Shown here: one piece after another, positions 53,318-64,000 of the stretch | How the letters are laid out: each line of letters begins with the position of its first letter | Position numbering within the stretch: the first letter of the stretch is position 1 | DNA from: Eledone cirrhosa | Taxonomy: Eukaryota | Direction: 5' to 3' | Length of the DNA: 64,000 nt | Assembly (NCBI GenBank): GCA_964016885.1 | Contig: OZ024742.1 | Coordinates: forward strand, 138,446,001 to 138,510,000 | Program-made: the position numbers and the translations under genes | The notes under the pieces: generated by a model | The model's database searches: none | What the model saw: only the letters and a program-made list of their open reading frames with translations | What the model was told of the DNA's origin: nothing

Positions 53318-53860
53318 TCAGATATTCAGGACGTATCGGAGGGTTCTTGCTGTTCCAAGCAAGCATGCCTTTTGAAGCGTTCCAAAAAGCGTGAAGGGGC
53401 CGATTTTCTTTAACCATCCCTGGAAACCTTTGGAGATAGTCCCCAGTGCGCCTATGACAATCGGGATCACTTTGACTTCATGGCAGTTCCAGATCCTTTT
53501 CACCTCCCACTTTAGGTCCTGGTATCGGTTAATTTTCTCCCTCTCCTTCTCTTGCACTCTCGTGTCGAACGGGCAGGCCACATCCACAATCAGGCACGAT
53601 CTTTTTTCTTTGTCCACAACCACCAGGTCAGGTCTATTGTGCTCCAGTTTTTTGTCCGTCTGTATCCTAAAATCCGACAGCACCTTCACCTGACTGTTCT
53701 CCATCACCGCCTCTGGCCTATGCTCATACCATTTCTCAGAATGTGGTAGATTGTTTACTTTGCACAGGTGCCAGTGGATCACCCTGCCCATCACATCGTG
53801 TCTCCAGCCCTTATAGTGGGTCTGGGCTAGGTGTTTACACTCGGACACAATGTGAGCCAG
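53318..53860 (-). CDS. LINE ORF C-terminus: zinc-knuckle end + restriction-like endonuclease
   Basis: HIVSEC, RHD, NRPDLVVVD..IVDVACP, EK..RY.DL, IVIGALG. Confidence 0.93.
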   Translation of the reverse strand: MAHIVSECKHLAQTHYKGWRHDVMGRVIHWHLCKVNNLPHSEKWYEHRPEAVMENSQVKVLSDFRIQTDKKLEHNRPDLVVVDKEKRSCLIVDVACPFDTRVQEKEREKINRYQDLKWEVKRIWNCHEVKVIPIVIGALGTISKGFQGWLKKIGPFTLFGTLQKACLLGTARTLRYVLNI

Positions 53861-56564
53861 TCTCCTCTCTCTCTCCACAGATCCTGCACAGTGGGCTAGC
53901 CTCCTCCTTGTAGATATGGTGCTTCAACCACTTCGTTTTGAGGGCCTGCTCCTGCGCAGCCATTAGCATTCCTTCTGTAGCCTTTTTGAGGTCTCCTCTT
54001 CTCAACCAGTTCCATGTCTGTGGATCTCTAAATTCAGTTTTCTCAAAGAAGGTACTATGAAGGGATTTTCCCTTAAGGCTGCTCTTCCTCCTTGATGTTA
54101 TTTCCTCCTTGGACATCCCCTGGCCTACTGTCCCCTCCTTCAGTACAGTTCTGAGCATTGGCTCCTTACTATAGGTCACGTATTTGTATAGGTTGTTTTT
54201 CTCCATCTGAACACAGTCCTCTATGCTGATAAGACCTCTTCCACCCTCAGATCTCCTTAGGTAGAGTCTATCGACATCACTCCTCTTGTGGAACATGTTG
54301 TAGATAGTCAATAGCTTCCTAGTCTTCCTATCCATTTCTTTTTGTTCAGCAACATTCCATCTCAGAATTCCCGCACTGTACCTAATAATAGACACAGCTC
54401 GGGAATTTACTGCGCTTATGGCATTTCTGCTGTTCAGATGTGACTTCAATACGCTCCTTACTCTTCGAATGTATTCAGTTCTTAACAATTCCTTCATTTT
54501 TTTGTTCTTTATGCCATCAGCCTCCAGAACGCCCAAATACTTGTATCCTTCCTCAGAGTCAATTTCCTTTATCATCTCACCTGTTGGTATCTGGATCCCG
54601 TTACTTCTGCTCAACCTACCCCTCTTCATCACAATGACTCCACATTTACCAATACCAAACTGCATACATATATCACTGCTGAAAATACGGACAGTGTCAA
54701 CAAGCACATCCAACTCTTTCTCACTTTTCCCGAAGAGCTTAAGATCGTCCATGAAGAGGAGGTGATTGATGGTAAGCTCTCCCCTTCCCAACTTGTATCC
54801 TGCTCTCACTTTTCGCAGCATAATGGTCAAGGGCATCAGGGCAAGGACAAACAACAGAGGGGACAGGATATCTCCCTGGAAGATACCTCTCTTGATCTTC
54901 ACGCTTCCCAAGGATACTCCAGTTGATGTCAACTCTGTCTCCCAGGACCCCATACTCCTGCCCAGCAACTGTCTGATGTTATCTGCCACCCTGAAGACCT
55001 CCAGGCTTTTGGTGATCCAGGAATGAGGCACCATGTCAAATGCCTTTCTGTAGTCTATCCATCCCATGGCAAGATCAGTGTGTCTCCTCCTGCAATTCCC
55101 CATTACCATCTTATCAATAAGCAATTGGTCCTTTGTACCACGTGACTTCTTTCGGCATCCTTTCTGTTCGTCCGGTAACAAGTTGTTTGTGTGGAGGTGA
55201 TGGTAGATTTCCTCAGACACAATGCTCGTCAACAGTTTCCACATTACGGGCAGACATGTGATAGGTCTATAGTTGGTAACATCATTACCCTTGATTCGGT
55301 CTTTCATTATCAGAACTGTGGTACCTTTTGTCAACCACTCTGGCACCTCACCCGACACCAAGCAGTCATTGAACATGGCCGTCAGCTTCGGGTGGAGGGA
55401 TGTTAAATGTTTAATCCAATACCCCTGCACACCATCTGGGCCTGGTGATTTCCAGTTGGTTAGTTTTTTGGCTTGCCCCTTAAGAGTTTCAACTGTGATA
55501 CTCAAATCAGTCTGTTGTTGTGCCTTCTCACCGATCTCCCTCTGTACTGTCTCAATCCACCCTGCCTGGGCATTGTGTCTAACATCCTGCTCCCATATTC
55601 CTCTCCAGAATGTTTTAGCTTGTTCCGCCCCAGGGATCAAGTCGTTGCCTCTTTCTTTCCCCTCAAGCTGTCCAAACAGCATCTTCTGGTTGTTGTCGAA
55701 CATGCGGTTCTGTTTATACTGACTGACTCTGTTCTCGTATCGCCTGATTTTGGCACTATTTGCTACAATGCGTTGCTTCAATTCCTCTATGATAATATTT
55801 AGCTTTTTACTCCTAGTTTTGTATTTTATTTCCAGTCTATTTTTAGTGCCTATGTTTTTTAGTGTCCCATTCAGTAGTGACTCAAGCTTTCCTATGTCAT
55901 TTCTCATTTCCCCGATTTGCCCACTCAGTCGCTTCTTCCACCACGGCTCTGCTCTTTCTTGTCTGTTGTTTCCTCTCGCTTTTATACCAAGTAGTTTCCT
56001 CACCGTATTTGCTGTTGCTTTGAGGATATTGTTGCACTGGTGGAGACTCCTCGCCTCAAGGTATGGGATGACTTTGTTTACCTTAGCTGTTGTTTCTTTT
56101 AACTTTTTCCTGTCTACAAATCTTAGGTTCATAGGTCTCCCACTATCATTGTTCAATTCATCTACCACTAGATTTAGGATGTCAACCAAATCTTGTCCTA
56201 GCCCGTCAGCATTCATCTCCTCAGTGGCCGTATCTCTGTTCCAGGTATTATTTATCTCAGTATTCAGATCATTGTCTGCTTCGGGTGGTTCCTCCATTCT
56301 CAGGACCTCCTCACCTTCATTTCCCACCGGCTCGCCTGTCTGGCATACTACACCCGCCATCTCCAAGCCATTCTCTCTGCTCAGTTCCTCCAGTTCCAGC
56401 TCGCTTATCCACCCATTAGTTCTTATTACCCGAGCCTGCCCGGCCAATTTTTGTTCATCTAATTTAAATAAACCAATCTCGTTCCAGATGTTATGCATCC
56501 GTCTCCTGTAGCCCCTCTCCTTCGGGTTACTTTTCAGGTAGCATTGCATAACAGTTCTATTCAA
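53835..56564 (-). CDS. LINE ORF: N-terminal domain + reverse transcriptase (frameshifted in zinc knuckle)
   Basis: NWKSPGPDG, NYRPITCL, IDYRKAFD, GIFQGDILSPLLF, HLLFMDDLKL, YKYLG, GGRGL, CRIC. Confidence 0.95.
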   Translation of the reverse strand: MNRTVMQCYLKSNPKERGYRRRMHNIWNEIGLFKLDEQKLAGQARVIRTNGWISELELEELSRENGLEMAGVVCQTGEPVGNEGEEVLRMEEPPEADNDLNTEINNTWNRDTATEEMNADGLGQDLVDILNLVVDELNNDSGRPMNLRFVDRKKLKETTAKVNKVIPYLEARSLHQCNNILKATANTVRKLLGIKARGNNRQERAEPWWKKRLSGQIGEMRNDIGKLESLLNGTLKNIGTKNRLEIKYKTRSKKLNIIIEELKQRIVANSAKIRRYENRVSQYKQNRMFDNNQKMLFGQLEGKERGNDLIPGAEQAKTFWRGIWEQDVRHNAQAGWIETVQREIGEKAQQQTDLSITVETLKGQAKKLTNWKSPGPDGVQGYWIKHLTSLHPKLTAMFNDCLVSGEVPEWLTKGTTVLIMKDRIKGNDVTNYRPITCLPVMWKLLTSIVSEEIYHHLHTNNLLPDEQKGCRKKSRGTKDQLLIDKMVMGNCRRRHTDLAMGWIDYRKAFDMVPHSWITKSLEVFRVADNIRQLLGRSMGSWETELTSTGVSLGSVKIKRGIFQGDILSPLLFVLALMPLTIMLRKVRAGYKLGRGELTINHLLFMDDLKLFGKSEKELDVLVDTVRIFSSDICMQFGIGKCGVIVMKRGRLSRSNGIQIPTGEMIKEIDSEEGYKYLGVLEADGIKNKKMKELLRTEYIRRVRSVLKSHLNSRNAISAVNSRAVSIIRYSAGILRWNVAEQKEMDRKTRKLLTIYNMFHKRSDVDRLYLRRSEGGRGLISIEDCVQMEKNNLYKYVTYSKEPMLRTVLKEGTVGQGMSKEEITSRRKSSLKGKSLHSTFFEKTEFRDPQTWNWLRRGDLKKATEGMLMAAQEQALKTKWLKHHIYKEEASPLCRICGEREETGSHCVRV

Positions 56565-57787
56565 TTCTTTCGTCCAGTTGGTTCTGGCCCCTTTCCTTCT
56601 TCTTCTTCCTCCAACATCAGCAGTATTTGGTTGACAGTCAGGTTCCTGTTGGGTGAGAGTCTGTCACATGACGTTCTAGTCTCCATTTCACCGTTATTCG
56701 AACTGTTTATGTTCGATATTTAAACACTCTTATCGAGGATTGGCGAATGTATGTTTACATAGCCATCTGTGGATCCGCCATCCCACTTGGCCCTTGTGTG
56801 GCATTATCACCACGCTGTATACGAACACACATAAACAAACAAACACACGGGCAGAAAGAGCCCCAAAAATGAATAAGCATAAGTTTCATTGTAATGTAGT
56901 ATTCGAATGTCTGACTTAGTTTTTGTTTTTTAAGTTTTACTTTTTCCCCCCTCTTCTCTGTCCGTCCGCCTGCTTCTCTCTTCATTCTTATTTTCTTTAC
57001 GTTTTTGGGGTTTCTTTTTTTGTTTTTGTTTTTGTTTTTCTCTGTTTGTTTTTCTCGTTTTTTGCTGTTGTTGCTGTGCTGCTTTGGTTTTGTTGTTTGT
57101 TTTTTCTTTTTTCTTTTGAGTCTATCTATATATTTTGATGCCTTCCTCTTTGTTAGTAGTAGGGATTCTATAATGTGGGAGTAGTAGCAGCCAGCAGGGA
57201 GAAGTGGGAGAGGGCGGCGTTGGCGATACTGAGACAGTGGTGGTGGTGATGTCGATACCGAGGCAGTGGTGGCGGTGATGCGACCGTATTACTGTAGTGA
57301 TGGTGCTGTAGCGGTGGCAGCAGCAGTGAAGGAGTCAAGGGGTGGTGGCGGCGGTGATGGGATAGTGGTGGTAATGATGGCCGTAGTGAGCGGTGGCGGT
57401 GAAGGTGAAAATGCTGTTGTGTTTAGTGTACACAGATGATGGGGTGGGTGGTGTATCTAGTTTCTGGTGTTGGTGAGTTTAGCTGTCCTATATAGTGTAG
57501 CCAGAGGAGAGGAGGGGGGGGGGGGTTCTTCTTCTTCCATTTATAGCCATTTTTTTTTTGGATATACAGTGTACAATACAAAGTTGAATATTTGAATATT
57601 TGAGCCTTATAACAATATATTTTGGGTCCGAATTTTTTGGGGCTCAAGCCGGGTGCTTTACGTAGCATTTGTACTAAGAGTTGTTATTTCACAAATGATT
57701 TAAATATGTTAAAAATTCAAAACTTACGGGAGCGATTTCATGACCTCCGTCACCTCGTGCGTCTTCTTCCCTATTCCATCTTCTTCC

Positions 57788-57789
<2 letters not shown>

Positions 57790-57849
<60 letters not shown>
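57790..57849. repeat. (ATT)n microsatellite
   Basis: Directly visible. Confidence 0.97.
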
Positions 57850-58272
57850 GGGGGTTTTGCGGCATAATATAAAGACTGCAATATATGTTTCAACCTAAGG
57901 CCTGAACGCGGCTCTTGTTAACCCGGGCGAAGGACGATGCGGTATGGTTGTCTTTCTTTCTTCACACCATATTCCGGTTTCGGCAGTTTTATTCGCGCCA
58001 ATTCACCAATTTAGTAATTTCTCAAAACCGCGAAGCCTAGCCTTTTTAGAGGCGGCCTTTACCCGCCTCGTCTTTGCTATATCACTGGGTTGTATGAGTT
58101 TTATTGGGAGCTACAGCTGTCACCCGTTGCTCCGTCTTCCCAAGTAATTTACCGTTGTTTGTCCGGGATTGTTTATTCGTCCGGCAGCTGCCCGCTTACA
58201 TCGCAGCTAACCATCATATCTGATGGCTGTATAGATATCCGCCACCTACGACCCGTTCTCTAGCAGAACAAC
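57850..58272 (-). mobile_element. GC-rich short retroposon-like element with (TAA)n tail
   Basis: GC-rich island ending in (TAA)n; GGTGGCGGAT..CAGCCATCAGATATGATGGTTAGCTGCG recalls RTE 5' UTRs (from memory, unverified). Confidence 0.4.
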
Positions 58273-58706
58273 TTTTCCAAGAAGCTAAACTAACATTCCT
58301 TAATAATAAAATATTCTAAACGCTTGTCTTCATACATACACACAATTGTTATAACATTAAAACATATTAAGCCCATCAACTACTAAACCTTGACTACATA
58401 TTTATTCTTTCTATGTTTATTAACTGCTTACTAGTTTATTATTTAGAATTATCTACATAGCAACCACCTGTAGATTAGTTTGCCATCCACTACGTTATAT
58501 TATTTTTCTATTCTTTATATGCATCGAAAACTTAAAATTCTTATTCAATTATATCTTTAGATTAATGTTTCATTTCCTTCCTGACTGCATGCAATCTTGC
58601 CCGTAGTTGTCTAGGCTCTTTTCTCTGTAAATTCTTTATCACTTTCAAATTTCTACTCTACGTTTCATCATGGACGATTATTGCATGCATGCGTACCATT
58701 ATATAT

Positions 58707-59140
58707 CTCGTAACTATACTTTTCTGTTACTCACGACGTATATAACATTATAGGTCTCGTAACAATACTATCATGTTACTCACGACGTATATAACATTAT
58801 AGGTCTCGTAACTATACTATCATGTTACTCACGACATATATAACATTATATGTCTCGTAACTATACTATCATGTTACTCACGACATATATAACATTATAG
58901 GTCTCGTAACTATACTATCATGTTACTCACGACGTATATAACATTATAGGTCTCGTAACTATACTATCATGTTACTCACGACGTATATAACATTATAGGT
59001 CTCGTAACTATACTATCATGTTACTCACGACGTATATAACATTATAGGTCTCGTAACTATACTACATGTTACTCACGACGTATATAACATTATAGGTCTC
59101 GTAACTATACCATTCTCTTACTCACGACGTATATAACATT
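58707..59140. repeat. Minisatellite, ~9 x 49 bp
   Basis: Unit CTCGTAACTATACTATCATGTTACTCACGACGTATATAACATTATAGGT at 58707, 58756, 58805 ... 59098. Confidence 0.97.
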
Positions 59141-59738
59141 TTCTTCATTTGAAACTAATGAAAATATATAACTGTAGAAACAAACAAACATTTCAGTTGA
59201 TTTTGTTATATATTTACAAATAAGTAAGTTAATTGATTACTAGTTATTGGTTTCACTACTAATGTTAGAGTTGACGATACTGCTAATAGGAAGCTAAAAT
59301 TTATAGTTTCCCTCTGCAACTGTGAAGCAAATTAACTGATAGTGTTAACAACAGAAGTAATTAAATATAGAATAATCCACTCCACCACTTCATATAATCA
59401 TTTTTCTCAAGCATTTTATATATTTGTTCTAATTCTTGAAGACAGCAACAATATGAAGCACAAACCCCCAAATTGAAGTCATCCTCATATTTTAATTATC
59501 ATTCATCAGCTTTTACGGTATCACAATCACTTAACATAATTTTTAACCAAGCTTCTAGATTCATTATCAATACAACTGCAATAATTCACATTCAGTCATT
59601 TGTAACATAAACGACAGATCTAAGCCTATCCAAGTCGATGCTACCGATCAGCTACTTATTTTATCGTTCCCTTTATAATCAAAACACTATGTTACGGGCT
59701 ATACAAACTCAGACATGGATACAAACATAAACAGAGAC

Positions 59739-59782
<44 letters not shown>

Positions 59783-60009
59783 TGATGAGCAGAACAAACA
59801 AACATTAAACAATCCTTTAAATAAATTAAAAAATGATTTAAATATCTACCTGTTCATAATGCTATTACCGGCGGTTTCCATCCACAAAAGATTGGAAATT
59901 CGGAGAATTTCCAACGGAAATATATATATACATATACGTGTGTGTGTGTTCGTGTGTGTGTGTGTTTGTGTGTGTAGGTTATTTAGTTATATTTATTAAT
60001 TAGTTTAGG

Positions 60010-60217
60010 TAGATCGGTAGTATCTATAGAGTGTCGGACAACATGTTTGCGGCATATATTTTGCAGCTCTACATTCTGAGTTAAAATCCCGTCGAGTTTA
60101 GCTTTGCCTTTCATCTTTACAAAATCGAGAAAATATAACAGCAACGCAATGGGGTTGATTTAATTAACATTTCCCGACCCTTTAAATTGCTGTTTTATGT
60201 CGAAGTAGAAACAATTA
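60010..60217 (+). mobile_element. SINE A, diverged
   Basis: CTGAGTTAAAATCCC, CTTTGCCTTTCATC, AGTAGAAACAATT. Confidence 0.8.
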
Positions 60218-60339
60218 ATCAGTTAATGTGACACCAATATGAGCTTGCAATGCTAAAGATTAAGGGGAATGATTTCATTATTCGTGTGTTTGTAGGTATT
60301 TCCGTTTCTGTGACTGCCTGTTTACGTAGTGTATGTGTA

Positions 60340-61452
60340 TAATTGGCTCGAGCTGGGAAGGGAAGCCTGCAGCGTCCAAGCCATGCTTAATGACCTCGTT
60401 GAGGGCAGCATGGCGTGGAATGCGGCCGGCACTGTGGCGACAGGAAAGCGAGTGAAGGCCGAAAGAGTCCACGGTGGAACCGCAGCGATAATGGTGTGGC
60501 TGGCAGATCGGGAGGCCGAGCCTCAAGGAAACGCCGATTCGCAGGCTATGGTTGTCTAGCTGCGTGCCAGTGGAAAAGGAGGGAAGGGCATGGAGCCAGG
60601 CACCACTGTGGGGTTTGGAGGCCGCACGAAAATAAGCAAGGCGGTGCTGGTCAAGCTGTCGCGTGAGCCTGTCTGAGGCCAGGCTGCACTGGATTTCATC
60701 CCAAGTGCGTTGAGGGGACTTGACGTCAACAGGGGGAGAAGGCGGAGGGACGTCTACTGGGCTAAGTCCCATCCAGTCCCACGCCTCACAGGCGGCCTCA
60801 CGTTCTCTGAACACAGAGGGTTCTGTTGTGTTTTGAAGAACTCTGCTGACGAGGACGCGGCACGAGGTTACCGACGAAAGATACGCCGGCAAAGCTAGTG
60901 AGATCGGGGACCGAAGGCCAAGACCGCTATACCTGACAGGTAAAGTGGCCTGTTGCCACCCTATGTCGTCAAACTTGGCGTTGCATATCCCCTCGGCTGT
61001 TGCTCGGATACAAGTATCGAGGTCAGCGAGGAGAGATGTCTGGGTGTAGCACAGAGCGCTGCGGAGTGTATAGAGGAGCTTCAGCATGGTGAAGCAGTTC
61101 CTCAGCAGAAAGAGAGCTGCGAGGCCGTCAATCAAGCCCAGTCGGCTCGTGAGAGTCTGGAGCTGTTGAAGCCTGGAACTGATGGTGAAGCGGATGGCCG
61201 GCGGTTGGATCGGTGACTCGAGGATGAGGACTTCCTCTTTGGGGGTCAACTGAACCTGGCGGAGAATGGACCGCACGTCCAAGACGGAGGCTGCAAAGCT
61301 CGCAGCATCGAGGCTGACATTCACCACCTCCAACTTGGCCAAGTTGACCTGGAGGCCGATTCCCGCCAGGACAGGAATCACCGATTGAAGGTCATGGCAG
61401 ACCGTCCGTACGGGCCCACCCAACGTAGCATCATCCAGATACCAAACGTCTA
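60340..61452 (-). pseudogene. CRE-clade LINE fragment (RT end to zinc knuckle), open frame, truncated at both ends
   Basis: VWYLDDATLGGP, LPVRYSGLGLRS, GAWLHALP, C.HYRCG..VDSFGLHSLSC, RHAALN. Confidence 0.88.
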
Positions 61453-61764
61453 TTGTGTATTACATTCGGAATTACCGTTCGACGTTGACAACAACTATTA
61501 TAATAAATACGAAATGTGCATTTTGAATATCGCTCCTACCATGGATTTAACTTTATTTTTTTACATATACATTCATTCAATTGTCTCTTCTACTGATGTG
61601 ATTAGAGTGCTTTCCTTTCTTTAATCACAAACATATAGGATCGGCTGCCCTAAATAATATAATAGCAGGGATAATCATTAACATACAAACTCACATCTTA
61701 ACACACATAGTATATATATATGTGTATGTGTATTTATGTATGTATGTAAACATATATATATATA

Positions 61765-61799
61765 TCATCAACCAACCAAATTACTTTTAAAAAATCCAC

Positions 61800-61855
<56 letters not shown>

Positions 61856-61890
61856 GTGGATTTTTTAAAAGTAATTTGGTTGGTTGATGA
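61765..61890. repeat. Perfect ~40-bp inverted repeat around (TA)n
   Basis: TCATCAACCAACC..CCACTATGTA-(TA)n-TACATAGTGG..GGTTGGTTGATGA. Confidence 0.95.
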
Positions 61891-62323
61891 CTGTCATGTG
61901 AATAAGTACAATAAATTTCGCGCCAGTTCGTATTCGAAAGTTCTTATTATATATACCTAAGCATATATAATAAGAACTTTCAAATAATAAAAACAATTAG
62001 CACCATGCTATTTTGTTAAATATGTCCTCATTCGCAGAGAGCCTAGAAATTCTATGGAAAATAGATTTTACAATACATTTAAGAATAGAGGGGGTAGTTA
62101 GAAAGTCTATTAATATTAGTTAGAATCTCCCCGAGTTTATGATTAGGACGGTAGAAATCTGTATCAAGGTCTAAAGTAGCATCTAGGAAATTAACGAATT
62201 TGTGGTTCGATTCGATAGTGATATCCTCGTTTTGTTTCTCATCTATCTAGACTAAATTTTAACCTGTAATCCATGTTTCATTTCTGTCACACCTAATTTC
62301 TCCCCCACCCTTCTCTCTCTCTA

Positions 62324-62453
<130 letters not shown>

Positions 62454-62573
62454 GTGATATTTGAATCTACTCTGATTTGGGCTTACCTTACTCATATATA
62501 TATATATGTTTTTGCATGTCAGTTAGATTCAAATTTACAAAGATTGGCATTGTATATATATATATGTGGATTT

Positions 62574-62633
62574 TTTCATTCTGATGACTGAAAGCAAATT
62601 TGTTTGCTTTCAAGAAACCACTGGTAAATGAAA
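62574..62633 (+). ncRNA. Type-I hammerhead ribozyme, best-preserved copy
   Basis: TTTCATT-CTGATGA-cTGAAAGCAAA tttg TTTGCTTTCAa-GAAAC-CACTG-GTA-AATGAAA: 7-bp stem I, 10-bp stem II, ACCA/TGGT stem III. Confidence 0.88.
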
Positions 62634-62658
62634 TAATTATCTTATGTTGTTTATTACA

Positions 62659-62710
<52 letters not shown>

Positions 62711-62879
62711 TGTAATAAACAATATAAGATAAGGAATTCATTTACCAGTGGATATATTATTTGTTTGTTAAAATAATTAACTTAAATTAATTCAACAGTT
62801 AAACACACATAGGAATAATAAGGTTGTTACCAAAGAGCCAGAAGATTGACAATTCGACCCTAAATGTCACTAATAGCCC

Positions 62880-63276
62880 AAGGAAAGCCATGAACGACAC
62901 CACATCTTTTTAACTTTGATTTTGAAAGTAGGTTTATAATTATTAATTTTCCTTATGTCTTTGTAGCTGTCTCGGCAGCCTAGTTGGATAAATCATAGAG
63001 GATGGTGATCCTGGCCTGAAGTTCGAGCCTCGTCGGGAGTAGGGTTCCCTGCAAACCTTTTCATTTTTTTTTACAATGGGATGTAAAATAAAATCTGAAA
63101 AAGATTACATGTACCGCTTGACCAGGATTGAACCGAAGACCAGGATCTCCTCCGTCTCTAGTACCTACCGCTAAGCCACTGAAACAACAACGAAATTCTA
63201 CTGAAAATTCACACTTATAAACCTACTTTCAAAATTTCAATACAAAATGATGTGGTGTCGTTCATGTCTTTCTTAA
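62880..63276. mobile_element. MITE-like fold-back element containing two convergent tRNA-like heads
   Basis: ~60-bp imperfect TIR (CATGAACGACACCACATC..TTTTGAAAGTAGGTTTATAA and its reverse complement); internal A/B boxes on both strands. Confidence 0.75.
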
Positions 63277-63368
63277 TGTTATTGCTCCTACTTAAGGTCG
63301 ACTTCTAAACTACATTCTCGTTTTGTTCCATAAACTACATTCTCGTTTTGTTTCTCATCTATCTTGAC

Positions 63369-64000
63369 CAGGCATGTCAAACATACGGCCCTCACAAAGG
63401 TTTCTACAACAGGAACATGTTTTATCTTCGTAATATAACATTTTAAAAGATTTCGGTAGATTGTTTGTTTCTTTTGTTTTTTGTTTTTTGTGCGATTTTT
63501 ATTAACTACTTTTAACTTCCGGCGAATCACGCGCAGCTAATTAAGAGTTGTAAATAGAAAATTTTCTTTCAAAATTTCAAAAGTTTTTTTTTCTTTTTAA
63601 AATGGTTAGTGCTCCTCCAGCTAAGAGGAAAAAGGAATTACAGTATTTTTGCAGTGGGAATTACAGTACTTTTGCGCAACGGTGAACGGAAAGATGCACT
63701 GTTTAATTTGCAACATCTGAATCACCACGCCAAAAGTGTTTAATTTGAAAAGGCATGATGAAACGAACCATCGATTTTACGATAAATATGAAGGCCCAAT
63801 CAATACGTGTTGCAAGACTCAAGGAATTGAAGGCTAACTTGACACAGTAACATACCTATTTTATGTAAAATCAGGAAGAGAATGTCGTTTCCCTTACTGC
63901 AAGCTATGAGTTCAGCCAAATGATCGCCTTGAGTGGGAAATCTTACAGTGAAGGAGATTGTGTAAAGCAATGCCTTGTAAAAACAGCTGGAATTGTATGT
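63369..64000 (+). mobile_element. 5' part of a second hAT (SPIN/GTF2IRD2-like) with decayed transposase from 63602
   Basis: Terminus CAGGCATGTCAAACATACGGCCC; PAKRK..WELQYFC..KMHCLICN..FNLKRHDETNH..GKSYSEGDCVKQCL. Confidence 0.85.

Larger units (their letters stand above)
53240..56810 (-). mobile_element. Near-full-length R4/Dong-clade non-LTR retrotransposon
   Basis: Single RT-ZnK-RLE architecture, short 3' UTR and (TAA)n tail; 5' boundary approximate. Confidence 0.9.

Noticed and set aside
54418-56511. Plus-strand ORFs up to 253 aa
   Set aside because: Antisense shadows of the LINE ORF with no recognisable motifs
57640-57670. Twister-ribozyme-like GCTCAAGCCGGG
   Set aside because: Other twister elements and pseudoknot pairings not found
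58707-59140. CRISPR-like array
   Set aside because: No variable spacers, no cas genes, eukaryotic context

Overview
Eukaryotic, AT-rich, microsatellite-dense DNA with no recognisable host protein-coding gene. It is probably a cephalopod (Octopus-like) intergenic or intronic region; that is inferred from memory of the SINE families, not from a search. The window is a nested mosaic of mobile elements: a near-intact R4/Dong-clade RLE LINE (53240-56810, -), a full-length hAT Charlie/Buster element with TIRs and 8-bp TSD (46998-50328), the start of a second hAT, a non-autonomous Helitron carrying a 93-bp tandem array, mariner/RTE/CR1/CRE/Tx1 relics, many tRNA-derived SINEs (several in head-to-tail arrays) and several Penelope-like (GIY-YIG) relics. 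The most interesting signal is non-coding: about ten type-I hammerhead-ribozyme motifs with (near-)palindromic stem III, mostly at Penelope-type termini beside (TA)n tracts. Three of them carry a compensatory U3-A8 core in place of C3-G8. There are also recurrent fold-back inverted repeats. All structures were read by eye; none has been folded computationally or tested.
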